From Owenia fusiformis (Eukaryota): 64,000 nt of DNA. Each line of letters starts with the position of its first letter. Position 1 is the first letter of the stretch. The notes beneath the pieces were generated by a model, which searched no databases, was not told the DNA's origin, and worked only from the letters and a program-made list of their open reading frames with translations. Location of the stretch: assembly GCA_903813345.2 (NCBI GenBank), contig CAIIXF020000001.1, positions 14,012,001 through 14,076,000 of the forward strand, in the 5' to 3' direction. Position numbers and translations under genes: made by a program. This document shows, one piece after another, positions 34,263-49,700 of the stretch.

Positions 34263-34356
34263 TAGCCTTGACCAAGTCGGTATTTTTTTACTTATCTGAT
34301 CTTGAATTATTACTAGAAATCAAGATAAGTAAAAGAAACCAACTTGGGCAAGGCTA
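34263..34356. repeat. Short TAG..CTA palindromic element
   Basis: tagccttgaccaagtcggt...tttacttatct / agataagtaaa...accaacttgggcaaggcta. Confidence 0.55.
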
Positions 34357-34719
34357 GTTACAAGCATCTCTTCTTGTTTGTCACTTATAATCAATGATTC
34401 AGATAACTCAAACAGAATGACAGTCAAACAGATACTTTTTCTAATTTATTATAACTTAATTCCATTTATTTCAATTATTGTATTAAATATATTAACAATA
34501 ATTTCATAAAATCCATCATGTTCATAGCAATATTGTTTTTGTGGTATGCTACTGTAAATAATTTATAGATTTCAATACAGTACATATCCTAATATATTTT
34601 CATATCTTATGATCCACTTTATTTCTACAACCTGGATGTAACCATTCACTGTCAGCAGCTGTCGGATAACAATATCTGTAGCACACATTTAGTAGAGGGA
34701 AGTGATTCACTTCACTTGT

Positions 34720-37700
34720 TCAGTTCTTGTCAATGTGTTGTTTAAGTGACTCCAAATATTCCACAAGATCATCTTTATCCAAATCAACTTTGAGAAAGCT
34801 GTCTACTATAGCCTTGTACCTGGAAGGAAATATTTACAGGTTGAATTATAACACAGATAAAATGAATTATTGAATCATTGCTTTAATCTCAAAATCCACA
34901 TTCTGATTGGTCGTTGTAGCACAAAATTACCACAACATATTTCACACTTCCTTCAACTTTTGGTTAAAGGCATATTGCCCTAGATATCTCACGATTGGAT
35001 TAGATTGGATTCTGATCATAAAGGAGTGACTAGCTAATATAAAATAAAACAAGCATTTCATTCTAAATCCATACAATAACTGTTGTACTAGTAATTTTGA
35101 ACCGGGAACAGGTCTTGCCCTGAATGAAAAATTCTTTTAATGTCACTCAAGTTACTTTTTAGTATACTGTACTCACTTGATAAATGCACTCTCAGACTTG
35201 GATGTCCCAACTCTGTTCACCAATTTATTCTCACCTAGGCATTCACACACCTAAAACAGTGGTAATGTTAAATGCTTCCACAAAAACAATATTCAAGCAT
35301 TCACACATTGGCAAACTAATGTTGTTAGTATTAGAAATGGTCAAGTTCAATATTATTGTACATGTAATTTGGGAACAAATTAAGAATACAAATTAAGTAT
35401 ACAGAACCCTACTTGTCTTTTAAAGTAACTGTCCTATATGTTGTAAAAATAAGTTGTCATGGTAAAGCCCAAGGTTACATTCAAAATATAAAAGTGTGCT
35501 CTATATACATGTATAAACATGTCTTATGAAAAGGGTATGTATGTTATATACTATATCTAGTATATATACTAGTATCATAGCCTGGTACCTGTTTTCCACG
35601 TTTTATGATTGCAGAGGGCAGTCCAGAAGCTTCTGCAATATGAGAGGCATAGCTATGACTGGTGCTGCCATCTATCAGCTGGTAAAGAAATACCAATGTA
35701 TTGCCATCCTCTATCACCTCCATTGTCTGAAACATCAATAAACATTACTGTACTCCCTGTATTTTTCGCGTGCGATTTAGTATCGTATTGTTTGAAATCT
35801 TTGCGAAATTGTCATCAGGTGTTATCAGGTGGTAAATTGGATAAGTTACACCACTCACAGTGGCTTACTAGTATTAAATCAAATAAACCAAAATTGACAA
35901 TGTAACAGAGATTAAGGTGCAAAATTCGCGAAATTAACTAAGAGGACAGTATTTAACGACAGGGAAAATATTTATACCATGGAACAATTAGGAAATTTGT
36001 TGAAGAAAGTTAATTTGATATTTTCCATTTACATTCAATGCCATATTATTGTCCCAGAGAATGAATCTATATACAACCATCAATATATTTTATTCCAATA
36101 ATATATTGATACAGAATTTGATATGTTTGGTAGGATTCCATATAGGCTAATATAAGATTTCATTTTGGAACTTACAGGGTGATTTTCATTTTGAAATGTC
36201 ATTTTATTTTGGTTGAATTTGATGGGAAATTCATAATTGAACAGGGATTATTTTTAAGTGAGCATAACATAGGTAAGCTATATTTTGCAGAGTAAAGCAG
36301 CATCTTTCAATTTTATCAACCTATTGAATCCCAGGCTCTAAAATTGGTTGAAACCAGAGAATTTTTCCAGTTCCTGACATTTTACAACATACATATTCAA
36401 CGTGTGATGCTCATTTATTAAAATTAGATGGCATAGTTCATTTCTGCACATTTTAAAACAAGTTTGATGTAAAGTGGATGAAAATTGTTCAGATGAGAGC
36501 AATTTTAGTGAAAAACTTTGTGACAGATTATCTCGTCACTCTGGGTTTCAAGGTAATTTCTGAGGTAACGAGAAATCTCGTCATTCTGGGTAGTCAAGAG
36601 GTTAAACAAAGGCTAACTTTGCATATAATGCTTGAAGCAAGATGTTAACAGCAATTCTAACCTACCTGAAATTTGAGATGAGTAGACTTGGGTAGCATTG
36701 ACTTGGTTACCAGTGCATGAAAATGTGTGGAGACAAACACATGAGGACATCTAGTTCCAGATGACAGCCATTGTTTCAATGTAGCACACAGCAGAGCAAT
36801 ACCATCTGACTGAAAATGCCATCAACACTGGAGTCCCATTTAGATGTAATATGGTACATTTTATGTGAGGCCAGGAAAAATTGGGGTACAGCATCTGATA
36901 TAAATCGAGTAGCATATTGAATAAGATCTACTTCCACTAACTCACAAAGAATACAATACATCACCATAATTGACCAACATGACATCTTTTCAATGTTCAT
37001 ATCAGTGTGCATAATTTCAAATCTATTGGTCTAAAATAATTTTCTTTTTTTTCTAACAATTAAGAAATCAAGGAATTTTTCTTTTTTATCATACAAATAT
37101 TAAGCTCAAAGCATTAACTCTAAGAGTTAAATTCTCTGGTCAGTGACCCATGGAGTATGCCAGTCCATGGTATTACATACACTACACTAAAGCCAAAGCC
37201 AAAGCCACTCACACTTTCTGTGCCTTTTCCAAATTCATCAAGAATCACAAGAGATCTCTCTGTTGCATTATTGACAGCACTTGACACCTAAACAATATAT
37301 TAGCAAGATTCAACTCATGTAGTGTCATGTTTATAAGTTATCCAAGTCAAAGTGAAATAATTCATGGTACAACATTAACAGTAATTATTGCATCATTGTA
37401 CATGTATTTTAAGTTTTTAAGCTCTGCAAAGTCAGGATCAGCAAAATCAAATACCACTTTATTGAATTGTAACATACCTATGATGATGTATGGTGTAAAC
37501 TGTGAAGTATTATATCTTCAAGCAACAATATTTCCTCTAACAGGAGTTTTATGGAAGTTAGATTTCAGAAGAAATTTCTTGTATATAGATTCTTGACTTA
37601 ATTTCTTACAGTCAATTCGCTATGGATTTTGTGAACCTTGTAGGCCATTTTGTTTGTATAATACCTGAGAGAGGTCCATCATGAATGTGGAGAGGCCGGC

Positions 37701-40700
37701 TGAGACTGTCTCTAGGGTACGGATACGTGTAAACAACCTGTCCATTAGTCCAACAACGGCAGATTCTGCAGGAATAAAGCTCCCAATCTGAGCCATGAAA
37801 ACAATCAATGCAACCTGGAACACAAATTGTGAAAGTCAAATAATAGGATGAATAACAGCTACATTACAGGTGGGCTAATATCAACACCTTTTCCTGTACA
37901 GACTCCTACAGTATTGAACAAATAAAATACATAGACAGGCCCGTAGCCAGCTTTTGACAAGAGGGGTTCACTTTTTAAAAAGTTCCAGGGGGTCCACTTT
38001 TGACAATTTTAGTCCAAAAATGGCCAAAATCACTTAAAAATGGTCAGAATGGTGAAAAACTGCATGATTTTGAAAGAATTTCTGACCAGGAGGGGTTCGG
38101 TATATCTACCCCCCCTCCCCCTGTCTACAGGTCTGTATAAAGTTCAAAAAATGTTGACCAGGGTAGTTTCTTTGATGAGCCGATAGCCATTGCTGAACAT
38201 TGCCATTGCTCTCAAAACATAAGAAACAATAAAACAGAACACTGATAGACAACTTCTGTATGAAGCCAAAGTACTGACCTGTTTTAGATAAATGCTCTTG
38301 CCACTTGCATTGGGTCCTGTGAGTACCTTCATCCTACCTACATGTTCATCACTGTATGTCTCATTGGGTACAAAAGGACTGCAGCACAACTCTTGAAGGG
38401 GGTGCCTACAATTAAATTGGAATACCAGAGAATGAAAGAAAGGAGAATGCATGCTGACTGACTGTACACTATAATGAGCAAATAGTCATCCTGATATTTA
38501 ATGGGAAATCTGAGTTAAATACTTTCAACAATACTGTTATACAATATTTGACAATATAACAGTTCCTGCCACTGTGCATCTTTTTAAAGCCTATGCAATC
38601 ACATCACTTCATATGCATGTACCTTTAATGTAACTCTCACTAGGGGAGGGCATTTGTACTGAAAGGAGAGCGTTTTCAGTATATTTGTATACTGAAAAAT
38701 GTACTGACTTTTTTCAGTATAAAATTCAATGCAAATATGTACTGAAAAATATACTGAATTTTTAAGGACATTTTTAAGTACAAAAACGACTGAAAAATAT
38801 ACTGACTTTTTAAGGACATTTTTAAGTTACATACATAACACATAACTCACCTGCCTGCAGTAACATGTATGATGTTGTCCTGGGTCAACTGAGGTCTTGT
38901 GTAGTTATATTCCCTGGCACAATTAGCTAAAGTAATCAGACTGAAAACAGACGAAATGTTTCTTACTTATTTAGACACCATGTAATTAACCCAGCATGCA
39001 TGCCCAAGACATTATCAGATCTTGTCACTAGTCTACTCTTGCATCTGTAGTAAATTCAAGTTATTGGACAGATACGTTGTTTTCCTGGAATTTTAATGAC
39101 AAGATTTATGTGGCACATGCCTGACGCATACCCAGTAGCACAATGTGATGACAATCAAAGTGTGATAAAAAGCCTTGTACATGAAATCACTCTGCACCTG
39201 AGCATTGAGTAATAAGCATTGATCTTGAAATTGTTTTTTAATTAAGCCGGTCAAAGTTTGGTCATCAAGAGAAGGTTTTTAGCTTACAATCATTCATGGT
39301 AATAAATAATCATGACAAGCAAATATGATCTTGACATTCCTTTGACCTGTTGTATTGTTCAGAATGGACAAAATGGTAGCCTTCTTTATAGGAAATGGGT
39401 GCAGCATAAGCACTGACCCATAGGGCAATGCCAGTAAATTTTACAAGAGGCCAGCCAATTCATAATTCAGTTTAAAAGGCAGGCTGAAATCCCAGTGACA
39501 CACCCTGATTTAGAACATCACCATATTTATATGAATATAGTTGCTTACCAGTCAAGTTCAGCAGCACAATCCATGACATCTAGCAAAACCTGGGAGTGCT
39601 CAAGAATTGTATTTTGCAGTCTGTGCATGATGACGGTCTCTTGGTCTGTTGATTATATAAAATATGATGAATGTATCAATTGATAACAAAAATAATATCA
39701 CTTAAAAACATGATATTACGTACATGACTCAATATTTCAAGACATACAGGGTGATCATTAAATGAGATCAAAAGTACTCTAATTTGTGTAAACATTAATG
39801 AATCTGGCTCATTTTCTGTTTAATACCACCTTTTTCAGATCTTCTTCTGTCTTGAGAAATTCTCCCAAGAATTCAGATTTTAAGTCCCCATAGAAATACA
39901 AGAACACAAATGTGTACAAAATGTCCCCACCTATTGATGATCCCGTCAAATGGTTATCCTAAAAATGAGTAGACAAGACTTTACCGACACAATTTGAGGA
40001 CAAAAAATCCAAAATGGCCATCTTAAAATTTACCCAGAATGCCAAAGAATTAGTCAGTAGATTTTCATACTAAGAACCACCCCTGAAAATTTGAAATTGA
40101 TCCGTCACACAGTTAACCAGAAAACATGTAAACAGACAGACTTTACAGACAAGATTTGAGGACAGAAAATCCAAAATGGCTGCCTTGACATTTATCCAGA
40201 ATGCCAAAAAACTGATCTGTTCTAGATTTTCATAGAAAGAATCATCCCTGAAAATTTGAAATTGATCCACCAAACGGTTCACCTGAAAACGCGTAGACAA
40301 GACTTTACGGGCAAGATTTTAAGACGGAAAATCCAAAAATGGCTGCCTTTACATTTATCCAGAATCCCAAAAAACTAATCAGATCTGGATTTTCATACTA
40401 AGAATCATCCCTGAAAATTTGAAATTGATCTACCAAACAGTTCACCTGGAAATGCGTAGACAAGACTTTACAGACAAGATTTTAGGACAGAAAATCCAAA
40501 ATGGCTGCCTTGACATTTACCCAGAATGCCAAAAAAACTAATCAGAACTAGATTTTTATACTAAAAATCATCCATGAAAATTTGAAATTGATCAACCAAA
40601 CGGTTCACCTAAAAACATGTAGACAAGTCTTTACGGGCAAGATTTTAAGACGGAAAATCCAAAATGGCTGCCTTGACATTTATCCAGAATGCCAAAAAAC

Positions 40701-43700
40701 TAATCAGATCTAGATTTTCATACTAAGAATCATCTCAAATTGATCTACCAAACGGTTCACCTGGAAATGCGTAGACAAGACTTTACAGACAAGATTTTAC
40801 GACGGAAAATCCAAAATGGCTGCCTTGACATTTACCCAGAATGCCCAAAAACTAATCAGATCTAGATTTTCATACGAAGAATCATCCCTGAAAATTTGAA
40901 ATTGATCTACCAAACGGTTCACCTGAAAATGCGTAGACAAGACTTTACAGACAAGATTTTAGGATGGAAAATCCAAAATGGCTGCCTTGACATTTACCCA
41001 GAATGCCCAAAAACTAATCAGATCCAGATTTTCATACTAAAAATCATCCCTGAAAATTTGAAATTGATATACCAAACGGTTCACCTGAAAACACGTAGAC
41101 AAGACTTTACAGACAAGATTTTAGGATGGAAAAATCCAAAATGGCCGACAATAAAAAAGTGATTATGGATTTTTGCTGATTTCTCTTTACAAAATTATCA
41201 CATATAACTACTGTTAACAATAAAATAGGCTTTTACAACAAAGTACACCTGAAATTATTTACAAAGCTACTAAATAGTTTAAGTATGAAAACTCAAAAAC
41301 ACCATTCAATATGATGGGTATTATCGTGCGCTGACTTTTCTTAAAACATTCAAAATGGCAGACATGACTGAGCTAACAGGTCCAAAACCTAATCAGATCT
41401 AGAATGAAGTGAGCTGAACAAGATGTTAAAGTTTTAAAAGCAACTGTGAAGCCGTTTTTCTTAAAGTTTGCAGACAAGGATTTTAGCATTTGACTTCAAA
41501 ATGGCCGACAGGAAGTAGGTATCGAGTTAATTTTTTTTCATCCACATCTTTATGCACTCATAAGTTATCCCTGAAAATTTGAAGGTGATATCTGTAACGG
41601 TTTTGGAGAAAAGTGCCGGACGTACGGACGGACAGACAGACGGACAGACAGACGGACAGACAGACGGACAGACGCGCCTAGGCCGACAATATGGCCCCAC
41701 ACTATGTGGTGGGGACATAAAAAGTCTGAGGGAGCCATGTCTGGTGAGAAAATAAGAATGGACAAGAATGCTTTGAATGTAACAAAATATGGTGGTATTT
41801 CCAAAGTTCAAAACCATTAAGAAAAAAAAACATCATAATATTTCCTTTCTTTTTTGACTGCTCCGGGTACCCTCGACATGGGTTGCTATGGTTACCATAG
41901 AATGCAGAATGTTAAATGTTATGGGATAAAATTTATTTTGTGTATGTATAATTATTAGATCAACATTCTGTGAGAAAATGAGCCATATTCATTAATGTTT
42001 ACAAAAAAAATTAGAGCACTTTTGATCTTACTTATGATCACCCTGTACATTTCATGAGTGAAGACTGTAAACTGACCTGCTATTTCACATTGCACGTCTC
42101 CCAATAAAAGATCCAGTTCTGCAATTACAACAAAATAAAGTTAAACGTTGACTACAAAAATGGATGCTTTATAAACATACTATGTATCTACAAAATTTAT
42201 TATTATATAAATGCATCATTATACACTGTATATTTTACATTTTCCCACTTTTCTTAATGGATTATTTTGCATGACATACTACTGTATATATACTACCAAA
42301 CTGCTAACGAAATTAAAGTGAGTCAATGCATAATTTTAGTGTTCTTTTGAAAAATAAAATAAAATGTCAAACGAAAGATGGCGATGATATCCAGATTATG
42401 TCATTTATTCATTTTTGGTCTATGTGTCATCATAGTACTAATCTCTGAGCTTCAACAGTCTTCAAAGTGAATTATTAGAGTAATTAAAGTGTATTTTCTT
42501 CTCTGCTTAATATTTGCAATAGAATAGAATACAATAGAAGCTTTAATATTCAATTGTTTGTGTGAGTGACATGTAATCAACAATTTTTTGTTCCTTTTTC
42601 TTCTTAAAGTATGCAATGAGTTTCTTTAGTGGTAAATAACATTGTCAAATAATTACATAATCAGATAATACAGTAAGGTTTAAAAAGCAGGTACCAACCA
42701 TACCTCAACACACCGAGAGCATTCTAGGCTTGATTGTTTAACCGATAATACTGTAACAACCCGAGAGCACCCCAGGGGAATAACCAACTAACGAGCATAG
42801 TGTAACAAGCCAGATAAAGAAATTGAAAGAAAGTGTGCTAAATTCAATGCCCCGTGTGGGAATCGAACCTACGACCTTTAGATCCAAAGATTGATGCTCC
42901 ACAGACTGGGCTATAAAGGCTTAAGCCGCAACAGCTGGACTGTAGTACATTGTAGCAACTTGCTATCAAGGGTCGTTACAATACTATCGAGTTTGCTCAT
43001 ACATGTAGACGCATGCCTAGGCTATGATACTTCTGAGCAAAATCACAAGGTCTAGTTAGTACCTATTATGTAAACTAATTGTGTTTTAAACATATTATGA
43101 TTTGAAACAAATAACATTGATGAACCAACATAACATTCTTTTTATACAATGTAATCTACTACACCTTTAGTACTTTCACTTTTATAATGCACCATATTGC
43201 TGGACATAAACTACAATCAATGATTGAAACTATAGTAATGATTAGTGAACAAAATGAAACACATTTATGTATCAGGCATTAGTGAGCTTTACATAAATGC
43301 TGACTTCATTCAGATAAACACTGTCATTAATACTTCCATATTCACAATGCTAATGCTGTCAACTGATAGGTCAATAGTTACATTGGAGGTATACAATTTA
43401 CCAAGTCCATTTAGGAGATACAGGTCAACAATATACAGTCCTCTCTACAGAACTGGATAAACTAGAGACAGACAACGATTTGAATGAGATTCCTATTGGA
43501 ATAGATATACAATTGACCCAAATCAGCTAAAAATATGCCATCTATTGCTTCATTGTCCAAAGAAAGCATTTCGAGTCTCCTAAGCTAGACAGGGGAAATG
43601 TTTACCTTTGAACAGACTAATCATAATCAAAGATACACTGATACGCTAGTTTTATATGATGATATAATATCCAGTAAATCAGGATACTACAAGACAGGAG

Positions 43701-46700
43701 GTAATATTTGGAACATCAGTAGTACATACAGTAGAGTTAAATAGGCATAAGTTGTAATTAGACATAGAAGACATTCATTCCTCATAGCAAATCCTGAGAC
43801 TATATTAGGGATCCGGTATATTTTACAATATTGTCCCAAAACACAACTGATTACATTTTCGTGAATTTACAATTGATTGACCCCTCCCAAAAAACTGAAT
43901 ACTATTGATTTTTATAGAATTAAAATTTATTATCTGTATGTTAACAAAAAAATATGGAATGTTACCCCCTCCCCAAAATATTAACTAATATTACATTTGT
44001 GGATATACATAGATGTACTGACACGATCCCGTATGCAGCCTATATGATGAAAACATGCAATATCTATATTTAATCTACTTACCACAAATTCCAGATTTGG
44101 AATGTTGTAATTATCTTCTTCTCGGATACTGTCACATAGTGGTATTGCCAACAGATAGCCTAGCTGGAAGAGAAGCCAACATTTAACTTAATTCTATAAA
44201 AGATTTTGGAATCGGGGGCATTTTTTAACTAAACAAAATAATTTGATGTTAATTTTTCATAGAGCTTTTTGCGTTTTTTTTTCATTTCAAACTCGAAAGT
44301 CTCTAAAACAGTATATGTATAGGCAGGAAAAGCAGTACATTTCTTTTTTAAAAAATTGGAGCCACATTTTGGAAATGTTAACCTATTTTCACTAATTTGA
44401 AACTAATTAAATTTTGATTTAAATTTTAAACTAATTAAAATTTGAATAGGAAAAGTATTTACTTGTGGCAGGTAGATGACATTACATTCAGTTATTTCCT
44501 CCCCAAGTTGATTCAACTCACTCTGGGCCACTTTGGTCATGAAATCAGGTAAACCATTGTATGTTCGTTTCTCTGCGAGGAGATAGCATTCGTTGAATTT
44601 CATTATTAACAAGGCATTAACATACAAAATGTCACTCCTGCCATTTGTTACAACCGCTGAACACTGTCCACAAAAAAGTTGGAGACTATAACAATATGTC
44701 ACCACTTGTGGTGTGACATAATTAAAAAAAATCTCAATAACGATGACAAAATGATAGTGTTATTGTAATTTGTTGAAGACAAAATGGTCTCTTTTCAAAT
44801 TAAATTCATGATGATGATGATGATGATATATATTAATTGAAAGGTTGAAAGTTAATTAATTTTGCAGATATATAAAATCTGTGTCATAACCTGCTCAGTT
44901 CAATTAAGTATGATTGTTATCAATTCATTTATATTAATCACCCTTAAAGAGGCTCTCTATGCCATAGGATAGCAAAATCAAGACCCCTCTGGACTTTTTT
45001 GCATATTGATTTTCACCACATATCACCGGTAGTATCCAAAGCCCCGCCATGATTTCAAAGTCGCGAGCAAGTTCCCCCTGAAATCGCGAGGAATAAAAAA
45101 GTGATGGGTTGTATTTTGTTTACTTGAATTGTTGTATGATGTACAAAACGTTTTCTTTTTAATTTTCCGCAATGATTACATGGTATTGAGACTAAAAAGG
45201 CAACTGATGGAAAAAAGTATCACGAGCGGTCGTTCTGTGGTTCTTTATTTGACAATTGAAGAGAGAAAAGTGTCATCTTGAATCTTTATCTATATATTTC
45301 TATACGTTATGAACGACGTTGTCCTGTGGTTGAAATAATGGTAGTGATTTGAAATGAAAATGTACTGAGTTTCACTTCCTAAAGCTTTACAAAACACTTT
45401 ATATTTCAATTTTATCATATCTCTCAAGGCCCAGCTTCTAGCGGAGCAAAAAAAGCAAAGACCCCGCTGAAATCATGAGGAGGCCCCGCTGAAAACATGA
45501 GGAAGTCCCATTGAAAACAGGAGCAAGTGTCTCTCAAAAATGGAATGAATCCTGATTATACCGTGAAAATCTCCCACTATCGTACCCAGCTTGATCCACT
45601 ATTTTATCCAGTTTCATGAATACATCATTTGTTGATACAATTCTCAAAAACAGCAAATACTGTATTGATATAGTATATATTATGATACGTTGTAATGGAA
45701 AAATGTGATGAGAATTAGATCGGATGAAATGTTAAAAGTTTAACCTCATTTTCATAATTACGATGTGAACATAAATGTTGTTGATTTTACGCATCAAATC
45801 TAATTCAACTGTTTGAAAAGTAAGTGGAATTCCATCATATATGAGTACAAGTCGATATTTAGTAAGATTCATGCGTAAGCTAAAACGATTAAGTCAGAAA
45901 AATGTTCAGTTGTACTATTTTTGTCTCAATCTCCTGTTGCCAGCTTAGATACTCACTCACTCACTCACCCACTAACTCACTCACTTTTTCCCTCCCTTTT
46001 CAGAAATGAACGAACGCACGAACAAATGCAAAAAGGCATGCACGAATAAATGCACACATGAATGAACGGTCATACGAACGTACCCACGCACACACGAATG
46101 GTAGTTTGAACGCACAAACTGACGGCAAGACAAACACACGCAAAAACAACCAGACGAACGCACGCATGAACGGACGGTCGAAAAAACGCACGCACGGTCG
46201 AAAGGACGTTCAGATAGACGCACTCATGAATGAATGGACAGTCAGACGAAAACAAGCACGAACAGACGATCGGACAAACGCATGCACGCACGAACGAACG
46301 GTCGAACAAATGCACGAACGGTCGAACGAATGCACGAACGAACGGCCGGTAGAACAAACGCACGCACGCACGAACGAACGGACGGTCGGACGAACGCACA
46401 CTTGAACCAATGGATGGTCGGACGAACGCACGTGCTAACGATCGGACGGAGGAACGCCCAACGGACGGTGGGACAAACAAACGCACGAATGAATGATTGG
46501 ACGGTCGGACGGGCGTTGTCACGAATGGACGGTTTGACGATCGCACGAATGGACAATTTGACTATCGCACGAATGCACGAACGAATGAACGAACAAACGG
46601 TGAGACGAACGCATGCCTGAGCGAACGAATTTCGAACAAACGCACCAACGAACGAACGGAAGGTCGAACAAACGCACACACGAACGCACGGTCGGACGAA

Positions 46701-49700
46701 CGCATGCACGAACGAACGGTCGGACGAACGCACGCAAGAATGGAAGGTCAGAAGAACAAACAAGCCAATGAAATATATGTGTCCTCAGAAATTCCTTGGA
46801 ACATAGAATTATATAGAATTTACATTTAACTGTCCAAATGTACAAAGTCTGTTTACACATTTAAGAATTTTATTTTATGACAACACTGACAGATGGATCA
46901 AACTGCCTGAAGTTGCAGAAGAAATAGTTGCGATGTTGCCATTGATATGTTATAATGGTATTAAAACGTTTTTGGCACGTTCGTGTACGTTCATATAAGG
47001 AAACTCAATATCTTCATGGAATAATAATGAAGCTTTCCTCGCGATCGAAGCGGGACCTCCTCATGTTTTCAGCGGGACCTCCTCATGTTTTCAGCGGGGC
47101 CACTGAAACACCTTTAATGATGTATTTCGACCCCCATAGCAGACGTAATTGCACAGTTACTTATCAATACAGACCATATTGATCCAATATGTATTATGGT
47201 GTATGTAAATCGTATTTATTGCCTTTATTTTAACGATAAAAGTAATATATGAACAGTAAATTATGCAAACGTGCATGTTGACGCCCCTCTTTTCAATGCC
47301 AGTGAAGAAGAATCATTTTTTATGTCATTGTTTGTCAAATGTTTCTGTTTTTAAAGTATTGCTGGAGTATGGAAGAACAGTAATAAGTATTTTCACCCTT
47401 TTGGTCCATTTTCCAAAGTGATGCAAATAAATAGGACTATGCTCGCGATTTCAGCGGGAACTTGCTCGCGACTTTGAAATCATAGCGGGGCTTTGGATAC
47501 TACCCGTGATATATACCCATCTAGTTACCAAGAAGAAGTCCCAAATCCCCCTCTTTCAGTGTTAATTTTGCAATTGTGCTGGCCGAATGCCGATCTAATT
47601 ATTTTCAAAGAAATTAATTCAATCTGAAGTTTGAATATTCCGGGAAAGTCCTCCTGTTATCTGATTGGCAGTTGAATTTGTTTATCATAAACCTGATTGG
47701 CTCCCTGGTTCGAGGCGCTTGTGGGTGCTTGTTTGACTCAATGGGGATTCCCCTCGATAGCCGAGGAATCGATTATGTTTAATTCTGGAGTTTGGCTGTT
47801 CTGTTGGCAATAATATACCCAAAAGTTGTTCTCAAGATATATCCATGGTATGTGAGATATTATATGAGCAATAACAATAGGACATCATTGATTGTCTGGG
47901 GGAGAAACCTATTGCATAATGCATCTTTAATACCCAATCTAAAAAACAATGGGCATCATATTCTATTGTAACACTAATTAGGTGTAAACAGACTCGGGTA
48001 TGTGATATTTGATATTCATTGTAGATCAAATATGAGTTGAAGGTGAAAATTCAAGTAATCAAGCATTTTATATATCATGGCATCTCAAGACTAAGAGGAA
48101 GAGAGATGACTTATTGTGAGAGTCTTAGATAATATTTATATTTCCCTTGGGATATACCCAATATCCAAAACCTCCCAAAACATAATCTTCATGTATGAAA
48201 TATTTAGTTTCACATACTTTCATCAAGGTCAGGATCAACATTCTGTTTCACAACAAACTTGTTCTGTATGGTGGACTCTTCCACATCTACCTAAAATAAA
48301 CCATTTACATAATAACATGTCATTACCTGATTACATGCAGGCACTATTTTGTGGGCTCCCAATATTCATGCTAATTCGTTCATATATAAGTGATAAATAA
48401 GTTGGATTGTACGAAGGTATCTTTTTTTCTGCCTCATTTTTGCAGTCATTCTCTTTTAAAATAGACAAAGTTGCAAAAAGTGCCCAAATATTGTAAAGTC
48501 GGTGTGAATTATCAGCATGGGCTCCAATAAAATGTATAAAAGCATTTATTCAGATGTATGTCCCAAAATGTTTGGCAAATGGACAAACATATATTGTGTG
48601 ATACAATTGGGAGATTAGACTACAAAAAGTGACATGAGTGTTAAAGTTCCTTTATTGAATATACAGTACTATTAATTCAAAATATAGGAATGTCTATGAC
48701 ATTCCTAATCCTATAGGTTATCATTGTATGGTGTAACATCGGTACAAGTGTTCATTATAATTTCAAGTCAATCTAGTCACAACTTTATGAATTAATGCTA
48801 AGTCATTCAATTTTTGTTTCCATGGTAACATATTATTTATACATGAATTACAGATTTTAAGTATCATCATAATGGAACAATATGATGCAAGTTATTTGAC
48901 CAAATACCAAATGAGCTGATGTTGGTGTTAATTTCATTATGTAATATATCAAGATGAATGTTAAGACATCATTACATTTCTGAAATCTGTTAATTAATGT
49001 ATATTTATAACCATCTTATATAATGTAAAAATTGTACAAATGTTTCAATTAAGTAAATAAAGTTCTAAAAATGTAAATCTTTGGTCAATGAGAATGAACA
49101 AATGTATGAGAAAGAAATACTGATACTCACGATCCTATGAATAAGATCAGCAATTCTGTGTAGGTCTTCAGTGAATTTCTCACCTATTTTCCTAAATACT
49201 TCTAACCTGACCTTCTGCTGCCTACACACATCACCAATATAGGTGGCATTGTATGCAGTCTGGAAAATATACGTAGAAATATGAGTCATTATTATTGGAC
49301 TGTAACTAAAGCTGTTGAAGCGCAGCCGAATATCCTTCAAGAAATTTGATTCTTCAAAATTCCACCCATGATATAAACGTCTTTGGTTGCGGTGCATCAG
49401 TGCTCTCCCATGTTCGGTAGGTTTGCAGCTAAACCATTATGAAGATGGTAAGATGTACAAGAGAACCTTCTTAAAATTAAGAATTCGTAAAGTCCATTGT
49501 TCTTTATCTATGAGGTCATTATATCCATGGTTACAACAATTGATTTACGATTTCGTAACTTTACGAAGTTTCTGTTAATGACCCCTTTGTTATAGGTCCA
49601 ACAAGCACATTTGTCAGGGACTGCTTACAAAGAGTAAGCCACGGGGAGTCAAACCCAATTTGTTGACAATTCCTTGCCAAATCTATGAATGTCAGTGATG

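Noticed and set aside
38655-38830. Short TACTGAAAA-type repeats
   Set aside because: Low-complexity repeat remnant with no definable boundaries.
42848-42920. Functional tRNA gene
   Set aside because: Acceptor and anticodon stems pair poorly, and the sequence is embedded in a repeated TG..CA element.
45981-46860. Many overlapping ORFs on both strands
   Set aside because: Translations of a degenerate tetranucleotide microsatellite.
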